A stretch of DNA of 64,000 nucleotides. Origin: Marsupella aquatica. Lineage: Eukaryota; Plantae; Marchantiophyta. Where the stretch lies: contig OZ316897.1 of NCBI GenBank assembly GCA_973895155.1, forward strand, positions 16,503,938 through 16,567,937, given 5' to 3'. A program made the position numbers and the translations under genes. This document shows, one piece after another, positions 36,966 through 49,500 of this stretch. The first letter of the stretch is position 1; each line of letters opens with the position of its first letter. The notes below the pieces were generated by a model. That model was given only the letters and a program-made list of their open reading frames with translations, ran no database searches and was not told the origin of the DNA.

Positions 36966-38107
36966 AATAAGGATTACATAAATAGAAAAAAAGGTAAAGG
37001 CTTAGAGGGACTTTTTACTGCCCAGTACTATTGTTTAGTAAAGTAGATGAGTATTTCATAATTCCTGGATCCAAATCTGGTCTGTCCATTCTTCTCCATA
37101 AGGCACAATTAAAAAGAGAATAATTAATTCTCTTCCAAAAAAAACATAGACAAATGCAAATAGGAAAATCATGAAGGTCATTAAGACTCCCCATAAACCA
37201 GATCTTATGATACAAATAAAGTGAAAAATGAAATAAAGTGGTAGAGGGTGTTTAGTTTCTCCTCAACCTAAAACTGAGTGTGTTAAAGGTGGGGTGTGGG
37301 CCCTTGGGGGCCAGCTGGACTTCCTCAATTACTAGATTACAAATAAAAGAAACACAATCATGAAAATTCACTCTTCTCCACATTATTACAAACTGATCAG
37401 TTTGGGAAAATCAGGTATATATAAATAATTAGTGAACTGGAGTGTACTGTAATCTTAGGATTATTAAACTGGTCAGTTTTCATTAAACTCCAGTTTTGTA
37501 CCTTGTTTACTTTTGACAGTATTATTTATCCTTTTTGATTGTGTCACCCCAAGAATTGAACAAAATTACTAAGTTGCACCTTGAATTAAATTAATTGCTA
37601 TTCCCATGCTACGATTCCCCGGGTTGATCTTAGATTCCTAGCAAGGGAATAACTCAACCAGTGGGAATGTGCAGCTAAGATTAATTCATGGAGGCTACTT
37701 ACTAATCAAAACAATTTTAGGGGTAACTTAATACAGTTCTGTAATGTTGGGGTTAACTTAATAAAAAAACAGTATTCAGTATTATACGCTCACACTTTAG
37801 TGCATTATCCAATTTGCTTTGTAGTAGACTTCCCAGCCTTGTAGCATACTCCAGTAAAGCGATCTGTGGTTGGTTACATAGTCGGACGTATTTGGACATG
37901 TGGACATCCACGCTTGTGGTCCTGTAGTGAACCTCTTCGCACGCTGCAGATAGCCCACAACTGCACTGAGCCCAGTCGCCTTTCACATAGTGTTCCAGGC
38001 GGGGGTGACATGTTCCATGTCTTAGCTTGCTTGCAGATGGAGCATGGTGCAGCGTGGTTAAAACTGGACTTCTCCTGGTCCACAATAATAGCCCCTTACA
38101 GTTGAAG

Positions 38108-41100
38108 TTTTTTTTTTTTTTTTCAAACTAAGTGACACTTTATTCATATGGCAGAAAAGAACACAAACCTGCCTAAAAGAAGGAGGCAGGACATAGAAAG
38201 AAACGGAAAATAAGGGTGGCTAGAGGGAGGAGCACACCCAGAGAAGAGAAGCACCGAAGACCGCCCAACCAGATGGCCAAAAAGAGGGGCACATCCAAGC
38301 GAGGAAGGGCAGCCCAGGGGGGAACAAGGACGGCCAGGAAGCAGCAAGAATATAAGAGAAGCAATCAATCACCAACCAACATAACCAGGGAGACCAGCCA
38401 GGACCCGACCGGGAAAAACACCAACTCCGCCCACCACCGGCTGAAAGATCCAGGCAGAACTCCGAGAAAAAACCCTCCATTGCCAAGTAATCTCCTGTTC
38501 CGCCGGTGAAGCCAATTGAGCAGCAAAACTGGGTCACCGATAGTCGAACATGTGATGACTAGGTCAGGGTGACCAAAGGGACAGATCAGGAGATGGTCCA
38601 CCATCAATAAAGAATCCTCCTTGCATTAAGAAGGCCCAGAATGAGATGACCCTGAATGATTGAGAGGAGCAGCGTCAATACACCGAGTTCCGAGAGATGA
38701 TACATGGGGTCCAGGAGGAGTGGCAGCATCTGCAGTCGGGTATAATACTGAAAGTGGAGAATAGGCAAGTTCAGATCCCGAGGGGTGAATGATTCTACTC
38801 GGATTCCATAGGAGGGCGCTCAGAGTGGAGGATGCCTCAAGTCAACACCCAGTGAGCAGAAGCGAGCACCAATGCGCAAAAGACTGTCTCAGCCAGTGAA
38901 TCAATACAGTCCGGAGGGGAGAGGAAGAGGCGCAGGACCAAGACCAGACACCAAGCCAAGCAGCGGGAAAGGAGAGCTCCTATTAATACTTGTGGATAGC
39001 CTATGTGCGGGCCTATGGGCCCCGGCAATAGAATATTCTAATCTATAGTCGAGTAATTCTGAATAGGGACCAAAGAGAATCTAGCTAGTGCTCAACCGGG
39101 AGGGGAGGAAAAATAATATGGCCAAAAATTAGTGCAAAGGGACGCTGAGCCAAGGCAGCCGTAGCTGATTAGCATAGAGGAGCATCCAGCCTCCGCACCG
39201 ATTATCTGGAGGTAACCAAGAGGAAGCATGCGAACCACACCAGCATCCGATAGAAAATTGGATACCAAGACACCTGCAAGAGTTCAGAACCTGATGAATA
39301 TATGCCTGATCACAATGGAGCACTGCCGAAGGAGCCATCCTCCAAGAGGGCGAGACAAGAGACTAAGGAAAGACTATATATCCGACCAGAGGGTGAAACA
39401 GATACGGGGGAAATACAACAGGTACATGTGAAGCCAGAACCCAGGGAGGATGAGAGAAGGAAAGCACAGAGAATATTGCAAGAAACATTTGGGGTAACTG
39501 TGGAGTGAAGAGGATAGGAGCGGCAGGGACTGGAAGGAATACTTGGCTGAGCAGGAGTCAGCGGCAAGACCTATTATGCAGAGTCCGAGTAATATATTTC
39601 TTTGCATAGTACAATCTTTTTTTCTTTTTCTCAGACTCTGCATAGAAGGCAACGGACTGGATATGTTGGACAGAGGAAGAGGCAGCAATGTAGGGGGGGA
39701 ATACAACAGATTGACTGCGGAACAGGCGGGAGTTACGGTTTCTCCAGATAAGCCAGAGTATCTCATAAATGACATAGAGACGTGCAGAGCGCTGAGGAGT
39801 CCGGCCCAGAGCCATATCGATAGTGGTGATCAGTGAGTGGCCCCCAGGTAGATACGACATGGCAGGCAGTCTCTCGAAGAACCAAGCAGATCGGTTCCAA
39901 GCCGAGACTGCATGAGAACAAGCGAAGAAGATGTGTTGATTATCCTCCAATAACTGCGGACAAGAGGAGCAGCTCCCGTCACCGTGCCCACATTGCAAAG
40001 CCCGTTTTCCGTTGAATAGACTTGCAGCCAGGACACGCCACATAAATATTTTGCCTCTATGTGAGAGATCAGATCTCCAAATTCGCCTCCACCTGCGCTG
40101 CCAAAGAGCCAATGAGTCTTGAAAGGAGCCCCAGCGGAGATTGAGAGAGAGGAAATCACATCTGGACTGATCCAAATATTCGTAGGCTTGGGAGCTGAGA
40201 AGAGAGCAAGGACGAATGTGGTCAATTTTCCCAAACCAGTACCATTGAGCTGGCTCAAAGCTCAAGGAGAGAGAGGGAGGCGGGCCGGTCTGCAGGAGCA
40301 AAAGGACATTTAGCAGGGCCTCCTTATCCAGTCTAGTCAAACCTCGAACTCTTGCCAAAGAATACGAAATATCCTTCCAGCATCCAGCATCAGAGTCCCA
40401 TAGGTCTGAAGACACCCGAATGTTAATACATGAACAAGCAACCAGAAAGCGAGGAATAGCAGATTTGGGGAGACCTAAGGAAGAGAAGCACTTTGGAAGT
40501 AAATGACCGAGACTCCATCTAGCAGGAGTAGCGAGAGAGTCAGAACGCCAATGGAGGAAGACACGAACCCGAGCCCATGCCTTCCATATGCCCGCTGTGA
40601 AGTTCATGCCGCGAAAGCTTGACGGAGAGGAAAATAGAAAGCAATCCATTATCCCGTCCATTATTGTGTAGCGCAACTGACGGAGGCGAACAGAATGGTT
40701 CCAAGAAGCAAGGCCAAGGTTTTCGGAGAATAAGATGGCCCATTCGGAGCGCGGATCCGAAAGCATACGGACAGACCAGCGGGTTAGCAAGGCTGTGGCC
40801 TGGAGTTGGATATCCTTGAAGCCCAGCCCACTGTCTTGTTTGCGGCCGCACAACCGATCCCACGAGACAAGGGGAACCTTGCGACCTCCCTCCTTATTGA
40901 AACCCCAAATGAAATCTTTACAAGTCCTTTGGATCTCATAGGAAAGGGAAGCAGAGAACGGGGAATACATCATATGATATACCGACATAGAAAGCAATAC
41001 TTGTTTGACCAGAAGAACTCGACCTGTGAATGAGAAGCTTTTATTAGACCACGAGGCGAGACGCTTATTTAATTTCCTCAGACAGAAGTCACGGAGTTGG

Positions 41101-41793
41101 ACGCCACATAGATTTTGTCCAAACGGTGCCCCAAGGTAAGAAGAAACCTGTCCTTGTGGTATGACTATACAGTTAGAACTCATCAACCATTGTGGAGGAT
41201 TAGGCAGGCTAAAGACAAGAACCTCCGTTTTCTTGATATTCAGTCGGGCGCCAGCAGCTAGTTCGTAGAGGTCCATGTGTTCCCTTATTTCTAGGAAGCA
41301 ACACTCTTGAGCTGGTGTGAAGATACCCAAATCATCCACAAAAAATCAATGGAATAGGGTGAGATTGGTACTTACCTTGATGCCATGCACCCTTCCGGAC
41401 AATAGAGCTGCATCAAAAATGTCCATTAGAGGCTGGGTAGATAATGCGTATATGAGAGGTGCCAGCGGACAACCCTGACGGACACCACATAATAATGGAA
41501 TGGGCTTGGTGAATTGACCGTTTACATGGACTTTTGCTGAGGCTAGAGACATTAAGCCCATTATGTTACGAGTGAGCTGAGTACTCAACCCAGATGTGAT
41601 CAACGTCTCCCTTATGTAGCGGTGATCCACCCGATCGAAAGCCTTTGAAAAATCCATCTTTAAAAAGAGTGTCGGAACGTTATTTGTGGAGAGCCAGTCA
41701 CTAGCCAACCAAGCCAAGGAAATATTGTCGAGGATTTGTCTTCCCGGGACGAATCCAGTCTGTTGGACGTTAACCATCTTTGGAGTCAGTCGA
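38108..41793 (-). mobile_element. 5'-truncated L1/Tx1-type LINE
   Basis: Poly(A) appears as a T run at 38108-38123. TSD TTACAGTTGAAGTTTT at 38096-38111 and 41794-41809. Contains RT and zf-RVT coding sequence. Confidence 0.95.
39558..41793 (-). pseudogene. LINE ORF2 remnant (reverse transcriptase + zf-RVT)
   Basis: QTGFVPGRQILDNI, LKMDFSKAFDRV, GVRQGCPLAP, FVDD, YLGAP, CSSCPQLLEDNQHIFFAC. One in-frame TGA (41346-41348) lies just before the catalytic motif. Confidence 0.93.
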
Positions 41794-42751
41794 TTACAGT
41801 TGAAGTTTTGGGTACAATAGTTATATATATTAAATTGAAGGGGGCTTACAAGATAGCTGCGGCTGCCGTTCAAAGTTCCATCCAAAGTAGAGGGGAGACC
41901 AGTTGCATAGTTAAAGAGCCTCAACCAAAATGTGTCAGGCTGGGAGACAAACAAAATTGGTGGGTAGATCCATTCTTTTAGACCACCTCTTTGTTTGACC
42001 CCTTTTGTAAAGTCTAGATATTTGTGGGTGGGTTCAAAAGTTTTTTACAACAATGGATCTACACATCAGCGAAACCATGTGCCCACTAACAGGTGACTAG
42101 GATTGGGAATGGGTTTGACAAAAACTGTCACTTCTCAAAGACTCAATGATTTGGGGAATCTAAAATTCACTCTAGGTATCACATTTTGCTGCATTCTTCA
42201 TAGGGTCATTGATTTAAGGTCTATGAATAGTATGAATCATTCATTGGATCCATCAACTAAATGTCTCAATTAAACTGCCACCCAATTCTTGGAAAGTGAA
42301 CTGTGGCCTCTTCCCATACTTCAATGCCTAGGATTGCATCTGGAATTGCATCTTAGTCATTACAAAAAAGAACTGCTGTAGAGTTCTTATACAGCCACCC
42401 TTATTTTGGTCTAGTTCTTAAAGTGAAATAGATGCCCGGATAATCTGACACGTTGTCGCTGCCCATGGGCTGTGTAAAGGGATTAATGAGTTTAGAACAA
42501 AATAAAAAAGGGACTGACCGCATTTAGGATGGAATTCAAAAGTGAGTTTTCCGTAACAAAGGAGTTGACAACTTTGACATCCTTGTGAAATAAGTAATCA
42601 ATATGTGTTGCATTTAGCTCAGTTTGATGTTGTTTGACCGGCTCCACAATGTTGCCTGGAGAAGAATGGAGCTTCTTTGTCTTGAAAGCTACAATCCAAG
42701 CCAGATTGAAAGCAAGTGAAGGTGACATTCTACTTTGGAGTAGGCACCACT

Positions 42752-43009
42752 GTAGGGTAGCCCACCAGGGGGGTTGATACCCAGGGATCCGACAGGGACC
42801 TAGACCAGGAGGGAGAGAGGGTTGAACCAGGGCCCCAAAGCGGGCTATCCAGGGGGTGAGGAGAAACCAGGTCTCCCACCACTACACCCCACCCACACAT
42901 ACACACACATAGTTACCTCCACATCCCTTGCATGTGGAGGGGGGATTGAACCTGGGACCTCTCGGTTCTAGGCTCATCCCCTGGCCAATCAACCAAAGCT
43001 AGCTGGCTA
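42752..43009 (-). mobile_element. tRNA-derived SINE
   Basis: The minus-strand head AGCCAGCTAGCTTTGGTTGATTGG..GGTCCCAGGTTCAATCCCC has A-box-like and B-box motifs, followed by a hairpin and a GT-rich body. No TSD was identified. Confidence 0.6.
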
Positions 43010-43560
43010 AAGTTTGAGACTTTCTCTGAGATCATTTGTAAGTTCCATTTCTGTTGAGCACAAATATGGAAAACTATGATTATTAAGTAAATCATGATTT
43101 CACTTAAACCACACATGCCCAATATAGAAGGGCTCCATTAGCTGTTGGCCACTGCTCATTCTTGCCCATGGTGAACATTGCACTGACCCAAAAAAGTGGA
43201 GCCCAAGTACATTCCTAGTGAAACTAAATGGTGTGCACAGTATGATGATCACACCCGTAGCGCTTATGCAGGTAGTTGTGGTTTAAGATTTAGAAAATTT
43301 CATCTATGTCAACTGAAAACCAGTGTTTTCAAGTAATGGCATGGCATCTTGACATCCTTTAGGTTCAAGGCTATCAAGTCCTCAAGCAAAGAAGACCTGT
43401 TTGGTAATCTAAGTCAAACTGGTTGCAAATGATATTAAGTATTCACAGGTCTCGTTTCAGTCAAAGTGTCTGCAATGTTATAAGGGTTGATTTCAATAAT
43501 CTGAGCAACTCCAATTAAGGACAAAAGCTTGCTTCAAGGATAATTAATGCGTAAGAGCAT

Positions 43561-44110
43561 ATTAATTAGCCCGTAAGTGCTGCCCTCTTCCCGAATGTGC
43601 CAGGTCTTGTTTCTAGGATAACTACCTGGTGGAAAAGGTAGGCACCATCAGTTGGCCCCAGGCTAGATGGTAGTGCAGCCCCTGGAGTGCAGCTCAATGG
43701 GACGGGGAAGTGTCAGGTTCAAGTCTGATTGGCTACAAGTCTCGTTAAACATTCTTCCCACCCAAAGTACGTATTCACAACGAAAAACAACTTCGAGGCT
43801 TTATGAGCCTCCCGTACCTTTTCACCACCCGCTGCCCGCATCTGCTGCCCGCATCTTTTTCTCTTCGTTCATATTTTTTCTAAGTGTAAGTAGAAGGTGA
43901 AAGATCCCCACTTTTGGGTGGGGTGATTGACAAAAGCCTCACATTGCCACTAGCAAGATTCGAACCGGGAACCTGCCCCGTGCCAGTGAGCTCCCTCTAC
44001 CACCAATACTAGGGGCAGCTAATGTCCAGAACGACTCGCTCCAGGTATTTATCCTTATTCAAACGTCTGTGATACTGGGCAGCGGACAGCAAGGTACGGG
44101 GCTAATCAAT
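43561..44110. mobile_element. Foldback element with ~170-180-bp diverged inverted arms, each containing a tRNA-like module
   Basis: Left arm and reverse-complemented right arm align in order: ATT(A/G)ATTAGCCC.GTA, AGGATAA(C/A)TACCTGG, CAT(C/T)AG(T/C)TG.CCC, TGGTAG, AGCTCA(A/C)TGG(G/C)ACGGGG, GGTTC(A/G)A(G/A)TCT. Confidence 0.75.
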
Positions 44111-44199
44111 GATAATCTCATTAATTAGCCTCGATCTTGAGGTTCGTCTCGAATAAGTACGTGGGGTTCTTACATTCTCTGTGCATGCTTCGAGCAATC

Positions 44200-44400
44200 C
44201 GGACTTGCAGGCAGTTATGTACAATTCGAGAAATTTTGACTTGCAGGCAGTTATGTATAATTCAATAAATTTTGACTTGCAGGCAGTTATGTACACTTTG
44301 AGAAATTTTCACTTGCAGGCAGTTTCTCTTAATGAACATCCTATACTTGCGTGCAGTTATGTACACTTTGAGAAATTTTGACTTGCTGGCAGTTGTGTAC
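44200..44400. repeat. 36-bp minisatellite, about 6 copies
   Basis: GACTTGCAGGCAGTTATGTACA.TT.GAGAAATTTT units start at 44202, 44238, 44274, 44310, ~44345 and 44379. Confidence 0.9.
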
Positions 44401-45504
44401 AGAATGAGCATCGAGGTTGAGTTACTTTGTGAATCAAGTCCATAGGAGCTTTGCTTATCCATCCGGGTTTCACTTTCCCTTCTAAAGATCATTATAGTGA
44501 TTTGTTTTTTTGTGCAAAATCTTTATCTTAAAATTTTAGAATTAGTGGTGGGCCCAGGAAGTGGAGGATTGCATTTTGCTCCCAAACCTACAAGTGAGCC
44601 AAAACTGATGAGGACAAAAAATTTTAACTTTGCACAAAAGGAGACAATGGTTCACTAGAGTAGTTCACTATGGCATTGTGGGCCGTAATGCACCCCTAAA
44701 CCAGGGCTTTAGTGTGAGGTGTGAGAGGTTATCAATGCCGGCAATGTTCTGGTAATAAGACATGAGTATACTTAAAAGTCTTAGATATTTTCAGTGATTA
44801 CTATAAAGTCATTTAGTAGAAATAGAGGAGAAATTTCATTGACAATGAGCATATGCGATTCTGCACAGAGCATTTTCTACGTACATGCTGTTTAAATTAC
44901 AAAGAGAAAAAAAATTACAAAGGCTTCAAAAGACTCTGAACTTCATGCCCAGGTTTGACCAGTGGCCAGACTGGTAAAGGCTATCACCAGAGTCGGTTAT
45001 CAAAGATAGAAGTGTACAGTCGCAAGACAGATCTGCCCTCCATGAGTGTACAGGTCCTTGAAAGTTGCAGCTGAGCCGTGGATCTGGGATGGCCAGTGTT
45101 GGAGTAGTCATCCCCTGCCTGCCTCTTGAGACCAAGTTTGGTGGTTGCAAGAAATAAATATTCTCTATATTTTATTTATACTATTATAATCTAATATATA
45201 ATTCTTTAAATTTCAATTAATTAAATTTTTTATCTTTGGGAGGTTTGGCAGGCTAAGCAGCTTGGGCAGAGGAGGCAATTGAAATTGAAGGGGCTATGCA
45301 TGGATCTTATGGTGTCAGAAAATTATTTTTTGGATGAAAGGATAGGATTGCTTTTTGGTTTTTTTTTTAATTTGTAAAAGGAAGATGGATGTTTTTGGCT
45401 GAATAGTAGATAGATAGATAGATAGATGGCATATATGAGTCAAGTAGGGATGCATTTCTTCAGGCTGCTTACATGCAAATTAGGTCTTAATTTTTTTCCT
45501 CTAC

Positions 45505-45620
45505 TTAGGCTCTTATTGGGGCCCTCCCCTTTTCAACTTTCCCTTTATTGGGTAGCTGTGCCTTTGGGACCTTGTCTCCCGGTTTGGCGTTTGGGCTTTT
45601 TGGCACTTTGATATATATCT
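45505..45620 (+). repeat. Dispersed retroposon 3'-tail family, copy 3
   Basis: Diverged match ..TGCCTTTGGGACCTTGTCTCCC..TTTGATATATA. Confidence 0.6.
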
Positions 45621-45904
45621 AATGTTAGGATTTTATTCTTTGGCAATGTGGTGTTTGGCCTTTCTTATTGGCTCAGTTCATTTTTGTGGTGGGGGCCTGA
45701 AAATGCATTCCAACTTTTTTTACAGTATATCTTTGATGGGACCCTTGCCAAAACCAACATTTTATGTGATAGGCCCTTACTAAGCTTTTGTTACCACTGA
45801 ATTTTCTCCACTTACCAAAGTTGGCATACTTTCTCCACAAGAATACCCTATACCCTCTCCCTCCACCACTCTTTTACTTGTGAAGGGACCAAAAAGACCC
45901 TCAA

Positions 45905-46165
45905 TGCATATATCACACTGCCCAAGGGCAAAAAATGCCAAGTCGGGAGACAAGATTCCAAAGGCAAATCAACCCAATGAAGGGGTGGAAAAGAGGGGAA
46001 AGGGTCCCAAGAAAAACAAGCCAAGGGGTGCCAAACCAAAAGTAGACAAAGCAACAAAGACAAAGAAGTAACCTATAAAGGAGCCATGAAGGCTAACACT
46101 ACTGAGTGGAGAACTGAAAAGCCTGGTAGAGTTCCGGAGTAAACCGCAAAGGAGGGTCCCAAAGC
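45905..46165 (-). repeat. Dispersed retroposon 3'-tail family, copy 4
   Basis: Its reverse complement aligns with 36700-36965. Confidence 0.75.
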
Positions 46166-46514
46166 GGAACCTGATGGGAGGCCCAAAAACCAATTGCCTA
46201 TGCCCTATGAAGGAGGGTGAAAGCTTGGGCTCGCTGAAGAGCCATAGACACCCGCCGCCAAAAATGTATTTGAGACATGTGTATTGCATTATTTTACCAG
46301 AATGATGTGAATTCACCTCATTTTATACTCACAGATTGTATATGATATTCTATAACATGATGATGGCTCAAGTGAGAAGAGGAGAAAGAGATGAAGGAAT
46401 GTTTAATTTCTTTATTTTTTCTTAGAGATTATTTATTTGAATCCTTTTGCTATTAGTCTAAAAACTTTTTCCTTTTATTTTAAAGGGTAGCTTAACTGGA
46501 GGGACAAAAAAAAG

Positions 46515-46563
46515 GAGGGGGGGAGGGGAGGGGAGGGGAGGGGAGGGGAGGGGAGGAGGGGGG
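46515..46563 (+). repeat. (GGGGA)n polypurine tract, potential G-quadruplex
   Basis: More than four consecutive G runs separated by single A. Confidence 0.8.
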
Positions 46564-49500
46564 CATTTGCTTCTTAAAATCTATTTTGTTTTTAGTGGGA
46601 GAGGGCTGGACACACAGCTTTTAATGGGATTTTTTTGTATGTCTTTTAAGGTATAAATATAAGTAAAAACTGAAACTAAGAGGGACAGGAAGGATGATCC
46701 TTTGACCACCAAGTCCTCTGTATAGTATGAAACAGGTAATATGCACAACATTGTACGGCTAAAGTAGTACAACTACTCTTCTTGTTAACACAACCAGGTG
46801 AGTAACTACTCTCAGTTGGCCATGACTGTAATAGAGAAGGGGTTGTAAGGGGGTAATGTGTACACGCAACTCATCAAACATTTGTTCATTCATAAGCTAC
46901 TTTTCAGGAAAAAATTATCACCAATGACTTGTATGTGGGTAACAAATTGACAATTCCTGGCAACTGGCTTGAAGTAGTAGCTTTCGGGTGACTTTGTGGG
47001 AAACACTCTTAAGAGCTTTCATTGTGAGGACTCTAAGTGAACTGTAGAAGTGTGATACTCCCCTCTTTACTTGCCCACCAATTAAACAAAACCAGCTTGA
47101 ATGTGCGCCAACTCCTAGGTATGTAACAGGTTGTTAGATAACTCAATCTAATTATTAGTTGTGCAGTATGACCTTTGACATTCATTTTAGCACTACAATA
47201 AGCTAAAACAGATTTGAACTTCCAGGGGACCAACCATGATGATGAGGGACATATTGTTCTCGGCCATGACTGATGATATATAATTTAAGTAACTCTTTTG
47301 TTCATTGGAGAGTAAGTTTTAGAATGATTTTACCTACAGGAAGTAAACCTCTCCATAAAGCCAGAGCGTGCATGACACACATTTAAAATGTATGCTATTT
47401 ACAAAATGAAATTGCACACAAAGGGTGTCATTGTCTAAACTTTGTACAAAAACCTTATCTTCTTTAGCCTTTTTCCAAGGAATTTTCCTACTTGGTTAAA
47501 TTCCAACACCGGAACCAGGGCTAATTAATCCCTAATTATTATTTAATGTGGGATTGTGTTATGTTTACAAACTTTGTGCTTTTTCCCACTTTAGCAGATT
47601 AGCATGGATTACTTGGGGAAATAATCCCTAAGTAAGCAGGAGATCAACCAACATGGGAGTGGGTCAAATTTGCCTTATGCACAGCCTTTGATTGTGGCCT
47701 GACAGATAGTTTGCAAGAAATGAAGCAGATAAGTAATGAAAACACTGAGAACTTATAAATGTTCAGGGTTATTTTAATGTGTGAAGTATCACTTATTAAA
47801 ATTTCAAGGATTTTTTAATTACATCAAAATACACAATCAGGGGTGCCTGATGCATACTGTCATAGTGTTTTAGGCATTTTAATTAGAGATAGCGATCGAT
47901 CCTCCAGGGTGTCAAATATCTTAAATGAACTGAAAATAGGTGCTTCACCTTTCTTAAGAATGCCCCCACTAGATTAGGCATAACCAACAACTCACCACCA
48001 AGTAAATTAATTGAAACGGGCTCCCGAATGAGCTACAAAGAGCGCAAAGACCATTCATACACATTTTTGTTGAACTGTAAAAGGCAAGCGCAAGGCAAGT
48101 CTTTACATGTTGCCAAAGTCCATCCCAGCTTTGCCAGTTGGGCTTCACAGCCAACCTGCCAATCCACCCCAGCAAGCTTATTTGTACTGGCATTATTATT
48201 GAGCATAATGTTTTTGAAAATGTGATATGTTAAAAACCATTAAGTCTTGACCAAATCTGGGAGTGTGTTTAGCATGCTTAAAATTCAGACACCTTGATTG
48301 AGCACATACATAAATGAAAAATGGATTAGACAAACCTAGTAATTCACTAGTACATGACTTCTCTACCTGCCATAATGCTTGGAGACACTGGACAACAATG
48401 CAAAAGCTAATCAAAATGCATGCGAAAGAAACTAGCAATGCTTCTATCTAATCTTTGCATAGTGGATAGTTAAGACAATACTTCTATGGACTTCTATTTT
48501 ACTCGGGAGTTTCACATTTAGTATACTAAAATGTGAAGGGATGCTTTTTTAAGCAATGCTAACTACTTAGATAGGGAATTATTGTGGTCCAAGCACATAG
48601 CAAGAACACTCCTCATATATTGTATTGCGCATCTTTATTAAGTGTGTCCTCAAGCACTACAATAGAGTGGGGCTAAACCTTGGGGGTCTCACTATATGGA
48701 GGCACTCATCCCCTGCAACACTGTTTTAGGCCTCGGACACCCTAAAATGTAAGATTTTAAAAATTTTGTTAACCCTTGATTAAAAAGACCATAATTAATA
48801 TTCTTATAAGTCTCAAAATTGAAAATAGAATACCCAATTGTTCTTCTGAGAAAATTCTGAAGTTTTTCTTTGGAACCAATGAACCGACCCTATCATTCGT
48901 CGCACATGATGTGTCATTTTTGTGGAAGTGAAACCTTTGAGGGCTAAACCTTGGGGGGGGGGGTTAGCTTAGTGTATATTGTGGGGGTACCACATGCAAT
49001 CCTAGCCTAATATAAATTCTCATATTTTATTAAAAAAATATTTCAAGAATATTCTAGATAGTCCTACCTATGTGTTTTTAAAATTTGGCCAATTTCTAAT
49101 GAAAATACCTATTTTGGATCACACATAGTCCTACAATTTTGGGTAGTTGGCCCCCTAATGGCTAAAATCTCAATGCTTGCATTATGGGAGGAACTCACTA
49201 GTGACCAAATCTTTGCATTCTTAAGCCTTAGCCCACTCATTTCAAAAGATGAGCCAGTAGTTGTTAGCTCTGATCATCTACAGAACACTAGAATAACTTC
49301 ACAATTGGAAAATATTTTACTCCTCAGTTGAGCAATTTAGTTTAGGTCAAACTTGTAAATTTAGACCCTTCTAGAGATCCACTACAATATTCTAAAGACA
49401 ATGATGGTTATAATTAAAATTTTGCAGCTTTTGTTTTCCCCCCCAAAAAAACAAACAAGACCCCAGGGATGACAGCTGTCCAGGACCACAACCAGCCAAA

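Noticed and set aside
41794-41954. N-terminal part of ORF 41346-41954 as LINE protein
   Set aside because: It lies outside the TSD; it is flanking DNA fortuitously in frame with the truncated RT.
42930-44020. Functional tRNA genes
   Set aside because: B-boxes are present but the acceptor and anticodon stems do not pair properly; treated as tRNA-derived repeats.
44200-44400. 36-bp repeats as a CRISPR-like array or a 12-aa repeat protein
   Set aside because: The units are contiguous with no unique spacers, there are no cas genes, and the context is eukaryotic. The ORFs are a by-product of a period divisible by 3.
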